Virus record (IMG/VR): IMGVR_UViG_3300047299_000067
Span: 53,306-117,305 of that record
Strand: one strand, 5' to 3'
From: a virus
Length of the DNA stretch: 64,000 nt
In this document: one piece after another, positions 26,661 through 36,511 of the stretch
Layout: each line of letters begins with the position of its first letter
Position numbering within the stretch: position 1 is the first letter of the stretch
The notes under the pieces: model-generated
The model's database searches: none
What the model was told of the DNA's origin: nothing
What the model saw: the letters and a program-made list of their open reading frames with translations, nothing else
Position numbers and translations under genes: made by a program

Positions 26661-29309
26661 TTATCCAAATAGCATATCGAAACTTGTTTTTTGATCACTT
26701 GCACTAATGTCCCATCCGAGCCCGCCGATCAAGTTATCTACTTTGTTGTCGATAATAGTTGCTTCCATTGCACGATGGTCGAATGGTAAATCTTTAAACC
26801 ATTCAGGCAGTCTAAGTTCGTCAATTGGATACGCAATGCTGGTAATACCCATTGGATTAGATTTTAATTTACAAACAATAACTTTCATACCGTCTGTAAT
26901 ATCCATGCTTCTCTGATCGCTATTTGCTCGTTTGAATCTATTCCAATTGATCGCTGCCATTGCGTGACCAACACCGCACTTACCAGTCTTTTGGAAAACT
27001 TCCGTGTGCTTGGTTAAGTTATTGACTCGCTTTGGAGTACCTTTTTCCCAGCCTGGACGTTCCTTAAAAATAGTCCTAAACTCATTGATAGCATCGATAA
27101 CGTCTTGTTTGTCTTGTCCTCTGAGTACCATTAGCAAAATCTTTTCTAAAAACTTTTGCATAAACTCAGGAGTATCTGCACGTTTAAGATCAAGGCCCAT
27201 AGCTTTAACTTCGCCATCGGATCCATCTTTATCTTTACGCTTGCCTTCTTTATCATAGATAAGAACTGCATAACGTTTTTTAGTAATAAACAAACCTTTA
27301 CTTGCAACAACTTCTCGACCGGCTGCAATAACCTTACCAAAACTATCAGGGCAGTTAAATGCCATATTCATAAACGGTGCAAAACTTGCATTGACATCTT
27401 CTGCCACTGTGTCATACAGTTCTACTACTTTATCTTTAGACCAATCAACTTCACCGTTATTGATTTGTTTCTCAAATACCGGGAACGCACTAAAATAACA
27501 AGAGTCGGTATCACCATAGATAATAGTTTTACCTACGTGATTGTAATCGCCTGTGAATAGTTCGTTAGTCTTACTTGCCATATGCTTTGCTACACAACGA
27601 CCGGTTAGCGTAGTACTTTGCCCCATGCGTTGATCGAAAAATCTGCTACCTGCATTTAGCAACGCACCGTATAACGAGTTCAGGTTAATCTTTTTAACTA
27701 ACTGTCGCTTGTCCCAGAACTCGAACTCTTTTTCATTGTCACTGCATGCTTTTGCTTTTTTCTGTAGCTCTTTTCGTTCGGCATACCAACGTGCAAGTAA
27801 TCCGGGAATAACGCCTTGTTTTTCATACGTAAAGATTGTGCCGTTAGCAGTTAGCATCCAAGGATTGCCACTTAGATAAATCAACTCGTATGCTTCGGCT
27901 GCACTCATTTCACTGCTTCGCCCATCTTCCCAATCAATGACTAAATCATAACCTTTATTTTTATTCATGATTTCGTCATACTCGTACACGCAAAACTTTC
28001 CGTCCCACCAGTCGGCAAACGCTTCGCCTTTGGCTAACCAGGCTTTAAGTTCTGTTTTAGTTTGCACCAAACGAACTTGTCCGATGATTGTTTCTGGACT
28101 CATGTTCAATGCACGAATCAAAGAAGGATACAAACTGTTCAAGTCCATAGATCCAATCCAATCATGAACTCCTTGTTTTGGATATGCAACATACGCACCA
28201 GCAGCTTGTGTTTCTTGTCCGTCACCTCTGGTTCGGTCGGGTACCATTAAACCTCTGCTATGGGCTTCGTTGATAATAGCTTGGTCGGTCATAGCAACCG
28301 CGCCCAGTGTAGTTCTAAGTGTAACAGTGTTAGCATGTGCCAATACATTTACCAAGTCAATGTATTGCAGTTTAGCATCCAATTTAACTAACAGTGCAGT
28401 ATCTTGTCTGTTATATTGGATAAACTTTTCAAAGTCATTATTGTAAAGTTGATCCAATGTGCCTTCATAATGCACTTTTGTTTCGCCGATTTCAATTTCA
28501 CCCACATAGTCTAAACGGTAAGTGTGAAGTTCGTGATAAGTGTATTTGCGATACAAGTCTAAGTAGTCGAGATGCACTCGTCCGACAAAGTCAAATGTTT
28601 CTGAGATTTTGCCATATTTTTCGTATTCTCTACGAACAGGTTTTGTATTCCAAAGACAAAAGCGTCTTGTATGATCTGCGCCCATTAGTCTGGATATACG
28701 ATTAACGGTATATGGAACGTCATAGCCTTCAGAGTTCCAGCCGCTTATAGTATCTGCATCTTCTAACAAAGATAAAAATGTGTCTAACATTTCTTCTTCG
28801 CTTGCACAAAGTAACGTGTCTTCAAACCTTGCAGCAATAGCTTCTGCTTGTTCCTGAGACATGGCTTTTGGTTTAATGACCAAAGTAAATAGTCTGTTTA
28901 TCCAGCTACAATGGATAGAGATGGCAGTAATAGGATTAAACGGATCGCTTGGATCAGCAAACCCTTTAACTTTATCATACGCGACTTCAATGTCGAAGAA
29001 GGCCTTGTTTAATTCGGGAGCTTCTGCGTTTAAGTAGTTTGTTTCTAAACAACGATTAAGCGGCTTGATATCACTTTCGTATAACTTTTTATGTCCGAAG
29101 ATTCGTTTTTCTTTATCCAGCGCTTTACGAGTGGCAACTGCTACTTTGGCTAATCTTTGTCCGTCAATACCGGTGTATTGACCTTTACTGTCTGGATAGT
29201 AAAACAAATAATGTGCAGGGAATTGACGCTCTTTCCTAACACCATCTACTCGCTCGACGACTTTAACTAAGTCTTTTTCTTTTATATAAACTGCGTCAAT
29301 ATAGCTCAT
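26661..29309 (-). CDS. family B DNA polymerase (T4 gp43-like) with 3'-5' exonuclease
   Basis: FFDIE, GWNSEGYD, YNRQD; DLNSLYPS, KINLNSLYG, YGDTDS; no intein. Confidence 0.97.
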   Translation of the reverse strand: MSYIDAVYIKEKDLVKVVERVDGVRKERQFPAHYLFYYPDSKGQYTGIDGQRLAKVAVATRKALDKEKRIFGHKKLYESDIKPLNRCLETNYLNAEAPELNKAFFDIEVAYDKVKGFADPSDPFNPITAISIHCSWINRLFTLVIKPKAMSQEQAEAIAARFEDTLLCASEEEMLDTFLSLLEDADTISGWNSEGYDVPYTVNRISRLMGADHTRRFCLWNTKPVRREYEKYGKISETFDFVGRVHLDYLDLYRKYTYHELHTYRLDYVGEIEIGETKVHYEGTLDQLYNNDFEKFIQYNRQDTALLVKLDAKLQYIDLVNVLAHANTVTLRTTLGAVAMTDQAIINEAHSRGLMVPDRTRGDGQETQAAGAYVAYPKQGVHDWIGSMDLNSLYPSLIRALNMSPETIIGQVRLVQTKTELKAWLAKGEAFADWWDGKFCVYEYDEIMNKNKGYDLVIDWEDGRSSEMSAAEAYELIYLSGNPWMLTANGTIFTYEKQGVIPGLLARWYAERKELQKKAKACSDNEKEFEFWDKRQLVKKINLNSLYGALLNAGSRFFDQRMGQSTTLTGRCVAKHMASKTNELFTGDYNHVGKTIIYGDTDSCYFSAFPVFEKQINNGEVDWSKDKVVELYDTVAEDVNASFAPFMNMAFNCPDSFGKVIAAGREVVASKGLFITKKRYAVLIYDKEGKRKDKDGSDGEVKAMGLDLKRADTPEFMQKFLEKILLMVLRGQDKQDVIDAINEFRTIFKERPGWEKGTPKRVNNLTKHTEVFQKTGKCGVGHAMAAINWNRFKRANSDQRSMDITDGMKVIVCKLKSNPMGITSIAYPIDELRLPEWFKDLPFDHRAMEATIIDNKVDNLIGGLGWDISASDQKTSFDMLFG

Positions 29310-29587
29310 GTAATTATATATTTTGTAAAGCCTACAATGTCAATTGTAGTTAGCATGGCATACATGCTTGTTTGCCCAAAGCTACCTCGGCTCCATGCAC
29401 ACACAGCCGCAATACTACATCCACTTAGCCAAAGAGGATATAAGATGTAAAGAGCAGGGTCCGTAACTGTTGCAGCCAATATAATGCTACAAGCAATGCT
29501 AGCAAACCAGTTGTAACATTCGCCTGCCATTCTCCATGGATGCTCTTGCCAGTCCCGCCGCATCCATTCGATTATATAACTTATCAA
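29306..29587 (-). CDS. small membrane protein
   Basis: Three hydrophobic segments. Confidence 0.6.
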   Translation of the reverse strand: MISYIIEWMRRDWQEHPWRMAGECYNWFASIACSIILAATVTDPALYILYPLWLSGCSIAAVCAWSRGSFGQTSMYAMLTTIDIVGFTKYIIT

Positions 29588-29841
29588 CGATGACCTGCAA
29601 CTTCGAGTACTTCTTCAACTTCTGTGAATGCTGTTTGCTCTTTTTCAAATTCATTTTTGTAAGCGATTTTAAGAGCTTTTTTAAGGACACCTGGCTTCAT
29701 GTCCAATTCTTCTGCAATACCTTTGATGGTATCTGCCAAGCCTTCATTGAGTGCTGCGACTTCACTCATGACTTGCATGCCTTCGGCAAATAGTTTTTTG
29801 ATTTTGGCTTTTTCATCGCCACTAAACATACGAGGTTCCAT
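29584..29841 (-). CDS. dsDNA-binding protein (T4 DsbA/GapR-like)
   Basis: Helical; IAEELDMKPGVLKKALKIAYK. Confidence 0.6.
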   Translation of the reverse strand: MEPRMFSGDEKAKIKKLFAEGMQVMSEVAALNEGLADTIKGIAEELDMKPGVLKKALKIAYKNEFEKEQTAFTEVEEVLEVAGHR

Positions 29842-29892
29842 AATAACTCCTAAGTAAAATGTTATTATAACAAATTACACGGAAAAGTCAAA

Positions 29893-30147
29893 CTATTTGG
29901 TAAAGAGGGCGACTTCTTTTTCTCTGAGGATTTTTAAGTCTTCTGATGGACGACCTGAATCTAAAATCCATTTGCGAAACTCCACTACTGCATTGGTAGT
30001 ATCGTTTTTATTGATAGCTTTTAGTAAAGTGCTATTTCTAAATATAGCTATACCACGATCGTTTATAAAAGACTCTATGGCAGCGATTTGGTTTTTGTTT
30101 AGTTCTACTCGAACCAAATCTTTAATTGCTTGTTTAACTGATTGCAT
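29893..30147 (-). CDS. lysozyme (GH24) C-terminal-lobe-like protein lacking the catalytic N-terminus
   Basis: V.VELNKNQ.AAIESF...G...FRNSTLLKAIN...EF.KW...RE.EVALF. Confidence 0.6.
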   Translation of the reverse strand: MQSVKQAIKDLVRVELNKNQIAAIESFINDRGIAIFRNSTLLKAINKNDTTNAVVEFRKWILDSGRPSEDLKILREKEVALFTK

Positions 30148-30587
30148 TATCTATTTTTTAGTGTAGCAGATAACATCCATGCATGTTTGGCAAATGCATC
30201 TTGACGTTCGGCCATCAAATTACTTAGTCCGTGATTACCGCTTTGTTCGGCAATATCATAGCATACTTTAATGCTTGTCTGGATAACCTCAATATCACCT
30301 AACAATTTTTGCAACATGTCTTGTGCATTTGGGATTTCAACTTGGTCTTCGATTTGACTAAGCTCTGCATAACGACTAAAACTACCCGGCGCATATGCTC
30401 CGATAGTTCGAATACGCTCGGCAATAGTATCTATAGCACTATAAACTTCGCTGTAGATTTCTTCAAAGAAGCTGTGATATTGTTTAAAATCTCGACCTTC
30501 TACATTCCAGTGAAAGTTTTGTGCTTTTAAGCTGTATGCATAATGATTTGCTAATACAATTTTAAGTGCTTGTGCTAATTCATCCAT
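30147..30587 (-). CDS. dps: Dps ferritin-like DNA-protection protein
   Basis: QNFHWNVEG..F...H.FFEE.Y, D.IAERIR, KHAWML. Confidence 0.93.
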   Translation of the reverse strand: MDELAQALKIVLANHYAYSLKAQNFHWNVEGRDFKQYHSFFEEIYSEVYSAIDTIAERIRTIGAYAPGSFSRYAELSQIEDQVEIPNAQDMLQKLLGDIEVIQTSIKVCYDIAEQSGNHGLSNLMAERQDAFAKHAWMLSATLKNR

Positions 30588-30704
30588 CGAGTTATTCCTT
30601 GCTTTGTTTATTTACCGTATTTGCATTTATAACAAAATATGGTAAGAAACATAATTTGACGTAAAATTGAGAGTAAAGGTCTAACCAATACTCTACAATT
30701 TTTG

Positions 30705-32885
30705 TCATATACTTCCGCCTACTGCACGACCTTTAAAAGGATGCTGCTTTTCTTCTTTGCCTATAACAGGGCTTGTTTTCTTTGGCATTTCGCTACTAGG
30801 AACTTGTTTGGCTTTCTTTTGGTTAGCATCAACAGATTCCATTGCTTGACGTAATGCACTATGTCCTCGAGATTCTTTAACAGGTTCTGCATCACGCGCT
30901 GCCTTTAGTTCTGATTGTGTAGCACCTGCACGTCGAGCGGCCGCTGCATCTTCGGAACTTTTGCTTTTTGCAAATTTCGCAAGTAGCTCTGCTCGTGTGC
31001 CTCCTTGACTTTTTGGATTATAGTCTGTTACGCTAGTAGTTTCGCTAACGCGGCCAGTTCGCTTATCGCTTAGTGCTCTGCTTAATCCTGCTGCACGTTT
31101 CTTTGCACGAGCTTCTTGTTCCTTACTATAATCTTCCAAACCTGGATGGCCTTTGCTTGCACGAGCGGCAAAGTTTGACATTCCGTAATCGTCGCTTGCT
31201 CGTGCAACATAACGGTTACGTAGTTTGTCGCTAACTTCTGTTACACCTTGACCTTTAAGGCCGCGAGTGGCAGAGTTTAAACTGCTTAGTGTTACGCTAC
31301 GAGTAGTATCGGGGTTCATAACTAAGTCAACACTAAATGGCTTACCGTTTTTGTAAAAATGTAATTCGTTAGTTGTTGTTTTAAAGTTATCTGCACCATA
31401 CTGACGCAATAATTTTACAGCATCTCTCATTGGTAATGATGTTGCAACGCCTTCTACTACTTGTTTTAGCGGACCTTTAATGCCATCTCTATGATAGAAC
31501 TTGACATTGCCTTGTTCATCTTTTTTAGCAGTAACTTCTTTGCCACCTTTTCTGCCCACATACTTGCTAGTACCAGGCTTCATTGTGTTTGTTTCGCTCT
31601 TGAATGCTTCTGCGTGTGATTGTGTATTTGGGTCAGTGCCTTCGTCTAGCGTGCCATATTCAACTGCTTCGCCGCCAGCAGATAATGCTAATTCCTGTAC
31701 CGCATCCCAAAACTTACGGGGAATAGTCATAGCTTCATCTTGCCAATCGATAAAATTACCGAACTTTTGCATAACGTGATTGTATGCACGTTCGTTGCTC
31801 AATTCAAAGGAAATAACATCGCCGTCGGCTTCGTTCATAGCTCGCCAGTCATCATACTCGATATAAAAGTCAGTTTCAGGATCGTAGTACTTGCCTTCTA
31901 CTTTATCATAATAAACAACCTTGCCACTCTTAGTAGAGAATGGACCTTCTAAGCCATCGCGTTCTGTGTAACGTTCGCGATCAATACCTCGAGTTACTGT
32001 ATAGCCTTCGGCCACACCTTGCTTCGGAATCAATTTGTCAATAGTAGTGCGAATTTTTAATCCTGCTTCTGGTTCACTAAAAATAACACCAACATCATTG
32101 CGGGCTTTGATGAAAGCAATCTTACCCACACCTTGATAACCGCGAACATTCACTGTGTCACCTACTTTATATTTTGGTGTTTCTGGGAACCCTCTACCAA
32201 CACCAAATTCATCCAATTGCGCTTCTGCCACACCTCGGTCTCTACGGCGTAACTCGCTCTTAGCCATCTTGCCTTGCATCTTAGCAACTTTGCTATGGAA
32301 TGGCCCAGTCTTTTTGTCCGCTGTAGACTTAACAAACTCGTCACTTGCACCTTGCATTTGACTTTTGATATCTCGTGGTGTGCGTGTGTCGCCTGTGCCA
32401 AAGCGTGATTTTTCTAATGGCTTGTTTCCAGCTTCCGCCACACCTTGCTCTTTTTGTGCTTTTTCTGCTGCTTGTATTTTACGCCATAAGTTATTCATTG
32501 GACCTTCCATAGAACGTGCTTTACGTTCGTAGTCGCTTAAATTCTGCTCACGATCTGCATACTGCCAATTGCTACCGCCTAATGACTTATACTCGTCTTT
32601 CATTGACTCGTATTCGGCCTTTAACGCAGGTAGTGCTGCAATATCTGCTGCCAATTGCTTTTCTTGTTGCGATTTACGTGCTGCGTCGTCACGAGCTTTT
32701 AAACGATTTAAGCCACGCTCACGCTTGTCAAATGTAGCCGCGTTCTTTTCGCGCTCTTCTGGACTACGAGCAAACATTATATCCATTTGGCTTTGCGCCT
32801 TTTGTTTTAATGCTTTATTGCGATAGTCGCCTAGACTAACTTCGTCTAGGCTTTTTTTGTCGTTGCTAAATTCGTTTAATCTCAT
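30705..32885 (-). CDS. modular (poly)protein with several QGVAE-type linkers; putative internal head protein
   Basis: MRLNEF leader; linkers QGVAEA, RGVAEA, QGVAEG, QGVTE separate short unrelated modules. Confidence 0.65.
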   Translation of the reverse strand: MRLNEFSNDKKSLDEVSLGDYRNKALKQKAQSQMDIMFARSPEEREKNAATFDKRERGLNRLKARDDAARKSQQEKQLAADIAALPALKAEYESMKDEYKSLGGSNWQYADREQNLSDYERKARSMEGPMNNLWRKIQAAEKAQKEQGVAEAGNKPLEKSRFGTGDTRTPRDIKSQMQGASDEFVKSTADKKTGPFHSKVAKMQGKMAKSELRRRDRGVAEAQLDEFGVGRGFPETPKYKVGDTVNVRGYQGVGKIAFIKARNDVGVIFSEPEAGLKIRTTIDKLIPKQGVAEGYTVTRGIDRERYTERDGLEGPFSTKSGKVVYYDKVEGKYYDPETDFYIEYDDWRAMNEADGDVISFELSNERAYNHVMQKFGNFIDWQDEAMTIPRKFWDAVQELALSAGGEAVEYGTLDEGTDPNTQSHAEAFKSETNTMKPGTSKYVGRKGGKEVTAKKDEQGNVKFYHRDGIKGPLKQVVEGVATSLPMRDAVKLLRQYGADNFKTTTNELHFYKNGKPFSVDLVMNPDTTRSVTLSSLNSATRGLKGQGVTEVSDKLRNRYVARASDDYGMSNFAARASKGHPGLEDYSKEQEARAKKRAAGLSRALSDKRTGRVSETTSVTDYNPKSQGGTRAELLAKFAKSKSSEDAAAARRAGATQSELKAARDAEPVKESRGHSALRQAMESVDANQKKAKQVPSSEMPKKTSPVIGKEEKQHPFKGRAVGGSI

Positions 32886-34258
32886 TTTGCTGCCTTTTTA
32901 TGTGCATCATCATAAACGGAACCTGTCGCTCCATCCCACTCGCCAACGCCCTTGCCATCTTTAAGTGCTTGGCAAATATCACGGTCGCCGTCGAAGCTAT
33001 TTGCGCCTGCACGTTTGCAAGCCGCGCGCCAGCCGCTGTAAGTGTTATATTCTGTTTCGTCCATGTGATTTTTTGCTTCTACAACATGACGTAGATTTTC
33101 GATGAACTCACGAACTTTCTTTGGACGGCCTCGGCTGCTCTTGTATGCACTCAATTGTGCCGCTGTAATAGTCTTACCGGCTTTCTTGTCAATGCTACCA
33201 GAACCCGCGTCCCATGAACCAATAATAGAATATTTGTCGCCTTTAGGAACAACTGCAATAGCTTTTTCTGCACTACCGACAATCTTACGCTCTGGGTGTT
33301 GACGCTTAGACTTATGATACCATAGTCTATAATCGGAAATCTTTTCTGCGCCATCGGTAGTAGAAACTGCTGCACTCGGACGTCCTCTGCTTCTTACAGG
33401 AGCTGCTGCTTTTGCAACTACTTTAGCTTCTGCATCACGCTTTTTGGCTGCTGGCTTTTTGTTACCCCACGAGTCAAAATCGTCCTCGTCTCCGTCGTCA
33501 CCTTGGAATTCGCTGCCATACTTGCCTTTATGTACAACCCCTGTATTTGTTTTAGTTACTGTAGTACCCATACTGGTTTTATGACGCTTGTCATTAAAAC
33601 CATACCAATCATCATCTTCATCATCGTAACGTTCCATTACGCGAGATTTTTTACCTTCGGTAATCATTTTTCTATAAGCGATTTTAGCTTCTGTAATGTA
33701 ATCATGCACATCACGGTCAAAGCGTTGTGTTACCCATTCGAAAGGATCACCGTCACGAGCTTTTGCTACTCCATAAGGCATTTCGCCATGCATAGAATAA
33801 TAATCGTGCAAGCTGTGATATAAGTCTGTATCTAACTCATCGCCTGCCACAAAATCTTTAACTTCTTTAGGAAAGCGTTGTACAATATGCTTTAAAGTGT
33901 TATCATTTTGCGGAACATGTGTAATATCTTCTTGCACACCAGGTTGGCCGATACGAGTTGCTGCTGCTTGGCTCATTTCACCGCTGCGATCTCTGTATAA
34001 CATATCGCGCATTGGTTTCATTAAGCTGTCAAACGTAGCAGGGTTAGCTAACATTTGCATAAACTGCTCTTGTTGTCCGTTTTGTAAAGACTTTTTATAT
34101 AAGCCGTAGATAAAACGTGCTTCTGGATACTCTAATGTAACAGGCTCGCTACCTAACATAATAGTAGCAGAACTACCGCTTGTTGCAGCGTTGGCAATAT
34201 TCTTTAAATTGCTTGCGCCAGTCATTACTGGACTTTCGTATAATTCAAATAATTTCAT
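32882..34258 (-). CDS. modular hypothetical protein; putative internal head protein
   Basis: MKLFEL leader; GEMPYGVAKARDGDP module; two RGRP AT-hook-like motifs. Confidence 0.65.
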   Translation of the reverse strand: MKLFELYESPVMTGASNLKNIANAATSGSSATIMLGSEPVTLEYPEARFIYGLYKKSLQNGQQEQFMQMLANPATFDSLMKPMRDMLYRDRSGEMSQAAATRIGQPGVQEDITHVPQNDNTLKHIVQRFPKEVKDFVAGDELDTDLYHSLHDYYSMHGEMPYGVAKARDGDPFEWVTQRFDRDVHDYITEAKIAYRKMITEGKKSRVMERYDDEDDDWYGFNDKRHKTSMGTTVTKTNTGVVHKGKYGSEFQGDDGDEDDFDSWGNKKPAAKKRDAEAKVVAKAAAPVRSRGRPSAAVSTTDGAEKISDYRLWYHKSKRQHPERKIVGSAEKAIAVVPKGDKYSIIGSWDAGSGSIDKKAGKTITAAQLSAYKSSRGRPKKVREFIENLRHVVEAKNHMDETEYNTYSGWRAACKRAGANSFDGDRDICQALKDGKGVGEWDGATGSVYDDAHKKAAK

Positions 34259-34261
34259 GGC

Positions 34262-34720
34262 TTAACCTTTATAATCGCTAAAATCAAAAACTCTCTTAAG
34301 TCTGTCGTATGCTCGAGTGTCGGTGGATTCGTCGAATGGAATTCGAGCAGGAGTTTTTCCGCTCCAAATTCTATGGCTCCTATTTTGAGGGTTTGGACTC
34401 ACTCTTGGTCCGTGTGTTTTTTGTTCTTTGTCATTAAAATAACCAAGTTCTTCGTCGTCTTCGTCTTCACCGGAACCATAAGCTCTGCCATGTTTAACTC
34501 CACTGTTTCCCGAAGATTGTGCAGCATGCTTGCTGTTGACAGCATTAATCATGTCGTCCCAGCCTTCCGCCACACCTTGCTTCATTTTTACAGCTTCCGC
34601 TTGTAATTGTTCTAACATAGCAGTGTATTCTGCATGCTGCGATTCACTTAAAGATGTGCGATCAACTTGGCTTAAACGATTAGCCAGTTCATACATCTTT
34701 TGTGCTCTAAGTTTATCCAT
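34262..34720 (-). CDS. hypothetical protein with QGVAEG linker
   Basis: KQGVAEGW. Confidence 0.6.
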   Translation of the reverse strand: MDKLRAQKMYELANRLSQVDRTSLSESQHAEYTAMLEQLQAEAVKMKQGVAEGWDDMINAVNSKHAAQSSGNSGVKHGRAYGSGEDEDDEELGYFNDKEQKTHGPRVSPNPQNRSHRIWSGKTPARIPFDESTDTRAYDRLKRVFDFSDYKG

Positions 34721-34907
34721 TGTTCTTAGTTCCTTTTTCTTCCGCTATGTTAGCATAAGGCTTGCGGCTAATTATCTCTTGACCGGATTCTTTGCGCATA
34801 CCTCGTGTTTTACGACGACGATGTTGACGCATAAAAGGTAACGAAACTGCGGCAAAGCCGCCTGCTCCTATGCCCATCGAGTCTTCGATAAGTTCTTTAA
34901 TCTTCAT
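34713..34907 (-). CDS. small hypothetical protein
   Basis: MKIKELIE leader; TAAATA motif at 34913-34918. Confidence 0.6.
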   Translation of the reverse strand: MKIKELIEDSMGIGAGGFAAVSLPFMRQHRRRKTRGMRKESGQEIISRKPYANIAEEKGTKNNG

Positions 34908-34933
34908 GCTTGTATTTAGTCAATTTGTTTCGA

Positions 34934-36292
34934 TTATTTCTTTAAACGCTTAAACTTAGTTCCTAGTAGCTCAGTCATCAGCGGACCTTTTTCTACATAG
35001 TTTCTTCGTTCTTCGCTGGTAATTTTAACACGGAATTTTAAAAACAATTTACCACTTAGTTCATCATAAATCTCAACTTGCGGCAAACCCACTTTATAGT
35101 TATAACGTGCAGAAAGTTTAACGCTTGCTAATTTATTTTCCATATCGTCGAACTTCATCATTTTGTATCCGCCGCTAACAAAGTCAATAAGAATAACGTT
35201 TGGATTGTTTAGTGTTGCAAAATAGTTGATACCTTTTGCCAAATCCTTGATAAACATATATTCGTCTTCGTCGTTATTATATGATAATAACGTAGCCATG
35301 ACATCTGCTGCAAATTCATAAACAAATTGTATAGCAGGGACTAGACCTTTTTTCTTAAAGATAGAATCAAATTGCTGCTCAGTTTCTTTAATATCAATAC
35401 CAAACTTACTCCAAAGTTCCGTTTGCTTTTTAAAGAAATCGTATAGTCTATCGGAGCCGATTCCAACTTGCCCAAATTGGGCAGCGTCTGCTTTCAAACT
35501 AATATCCAATCGTTTTCTATCTACTTTACCCGTTGTTTTGTCGGTGACTACAATTTCAATGTCTACTTTACTAATTTTTTGCTTTTCTGGGTTGCCGCCA
35601 TCGCAAATAATATTGATAATATCGGGGCGGCCATTTAAGTAATAATACTTACTAAATTCAGTATTGTCATCGCTGTTGGCAAAACGTGCTGCACTAGCTG
35701 CTTCATCTTTTAATAACTCGCGCTTTGCAGGGTTTATAAAATCTTGGTAAGGTTCTGGGGGTAACACTAATGTAAAAACAATCTTATCATTTACCATAGA
35801 CTTGCCATCTCTTACACTTACTGCGTAAGTATCTGCACTGGTTTGTGTAAGAGAATCTACAACTGCCCAAATATCATCTTCACTAACTTCTGCAATTTGT
35901 TTATTCACCCTTGCTTTTAATTTGGCAAATAATGCCGCTGCTAAGATACCTTCGGCTACATCGCCTCGGTTAGAAATTTTATCGCTACCATCGCCGCCTG
36001 TGCCTTTAGAATCTTTAAATTCTGGAGTTTTTTGCAAACTACCTAAAGGAATCGTTGTGCCATTAGTTAGTTTTAGTTTAATAGAACCTGCAAAGCGTCC
36101 TGCATCCATTAGTGCTTCTAATCTATCTGCTTCTGCCGGGTCGATTTCTACTTGTTGCCCATTTGTAGTTTCAAACGGAGATCCAGAACGAATTTTGTTT
36201 AAGAAAACGTCCTTGCGTCCAGGACGTTCGAGGATACCTTTAGCAGCTAATCCCACTTCTAATAATGCTTGTTTAAGTTCTAATAGTTTCAT
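34934..36292 (-). CDS. hypothetical protein, possible PD-(D/E)xK nuclease fold
   Basis: MKLLEL leader; NRGDVAEG...KVDI...ISLK. Confidence 0.5.
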   Translation of the reverse strand: MKLLELKQALLEVGLAAKGILERPGRKDVFLNKIRSGSPFETTNGQQVEIDPAEADRLEALMDAGRFAGSIKLKLTNGTTIPLGSLQKTPEFKDSKGTGGDGSDKISNRGDVAEGILAAALFAKLKARVNKQIAEVSEDDIWAVVDSLTQTSADTYAVSVRDGKSMVNDKIVFTLVLPPEPYQDFINPAKRELLKDEAASAARFANSDDNTEFSKYYYLNGRPDIINIICDGGNPEKQKISKVDIEIVVTDKTTGKVDRKRLDISLKADAAQFGQVGIGSDRLYDFFKKQTELWSKFGIDIKETEQQFDSIFKKKGLVPAIQFVYEFAADVMATLLSYNNDEDEYMFIKDLAKGINYFATLNNPNVILIDFVSGGYKMMKFDDMENKLASVKLSARYNYKVGLPQVEIYDELSGKLFLKFRVKITSEERRNYVEKGPLMTELLGTKFKRLKK

Positions 36293-36310
36293 AATGATAT
36301 TTATTTATTT

Positions 36311-36511
36311 TTAGTCTCTGTCCAGAATATCTCTGTTTTCTCGTAGCCATGCTCTTGCTGCATTACTGTCATCGAATATTTTACGTGTGACGCCATCGCC
36401 GTCTAATACGTGATATCTAACTTCTATGCTGTTATCTGCTCGCTTGCGTCTTGTTTGTTTAATAAAGGCACGACCGTCATCTATATCTTCGTGTAATTCT
36501 TGTAATCTCAT
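36311..36511 (-). CDS. small hypothetical protein
   Basis: MRLQELHE leader. Confidence 0.6.
   Translation of the reverse strand: MRLQELHEDIDDGRAFIKQTRRKRADNSIEVRYHVLDGDGVTRKIFDDSNAARAWLRENRDILDRD

Noticed and set aside
26661-29309. Intein or intron in the DNA polymerase
   Set aside because: Continuous 882-aa ORF with normally ordered motifs and no intein splice signatures.
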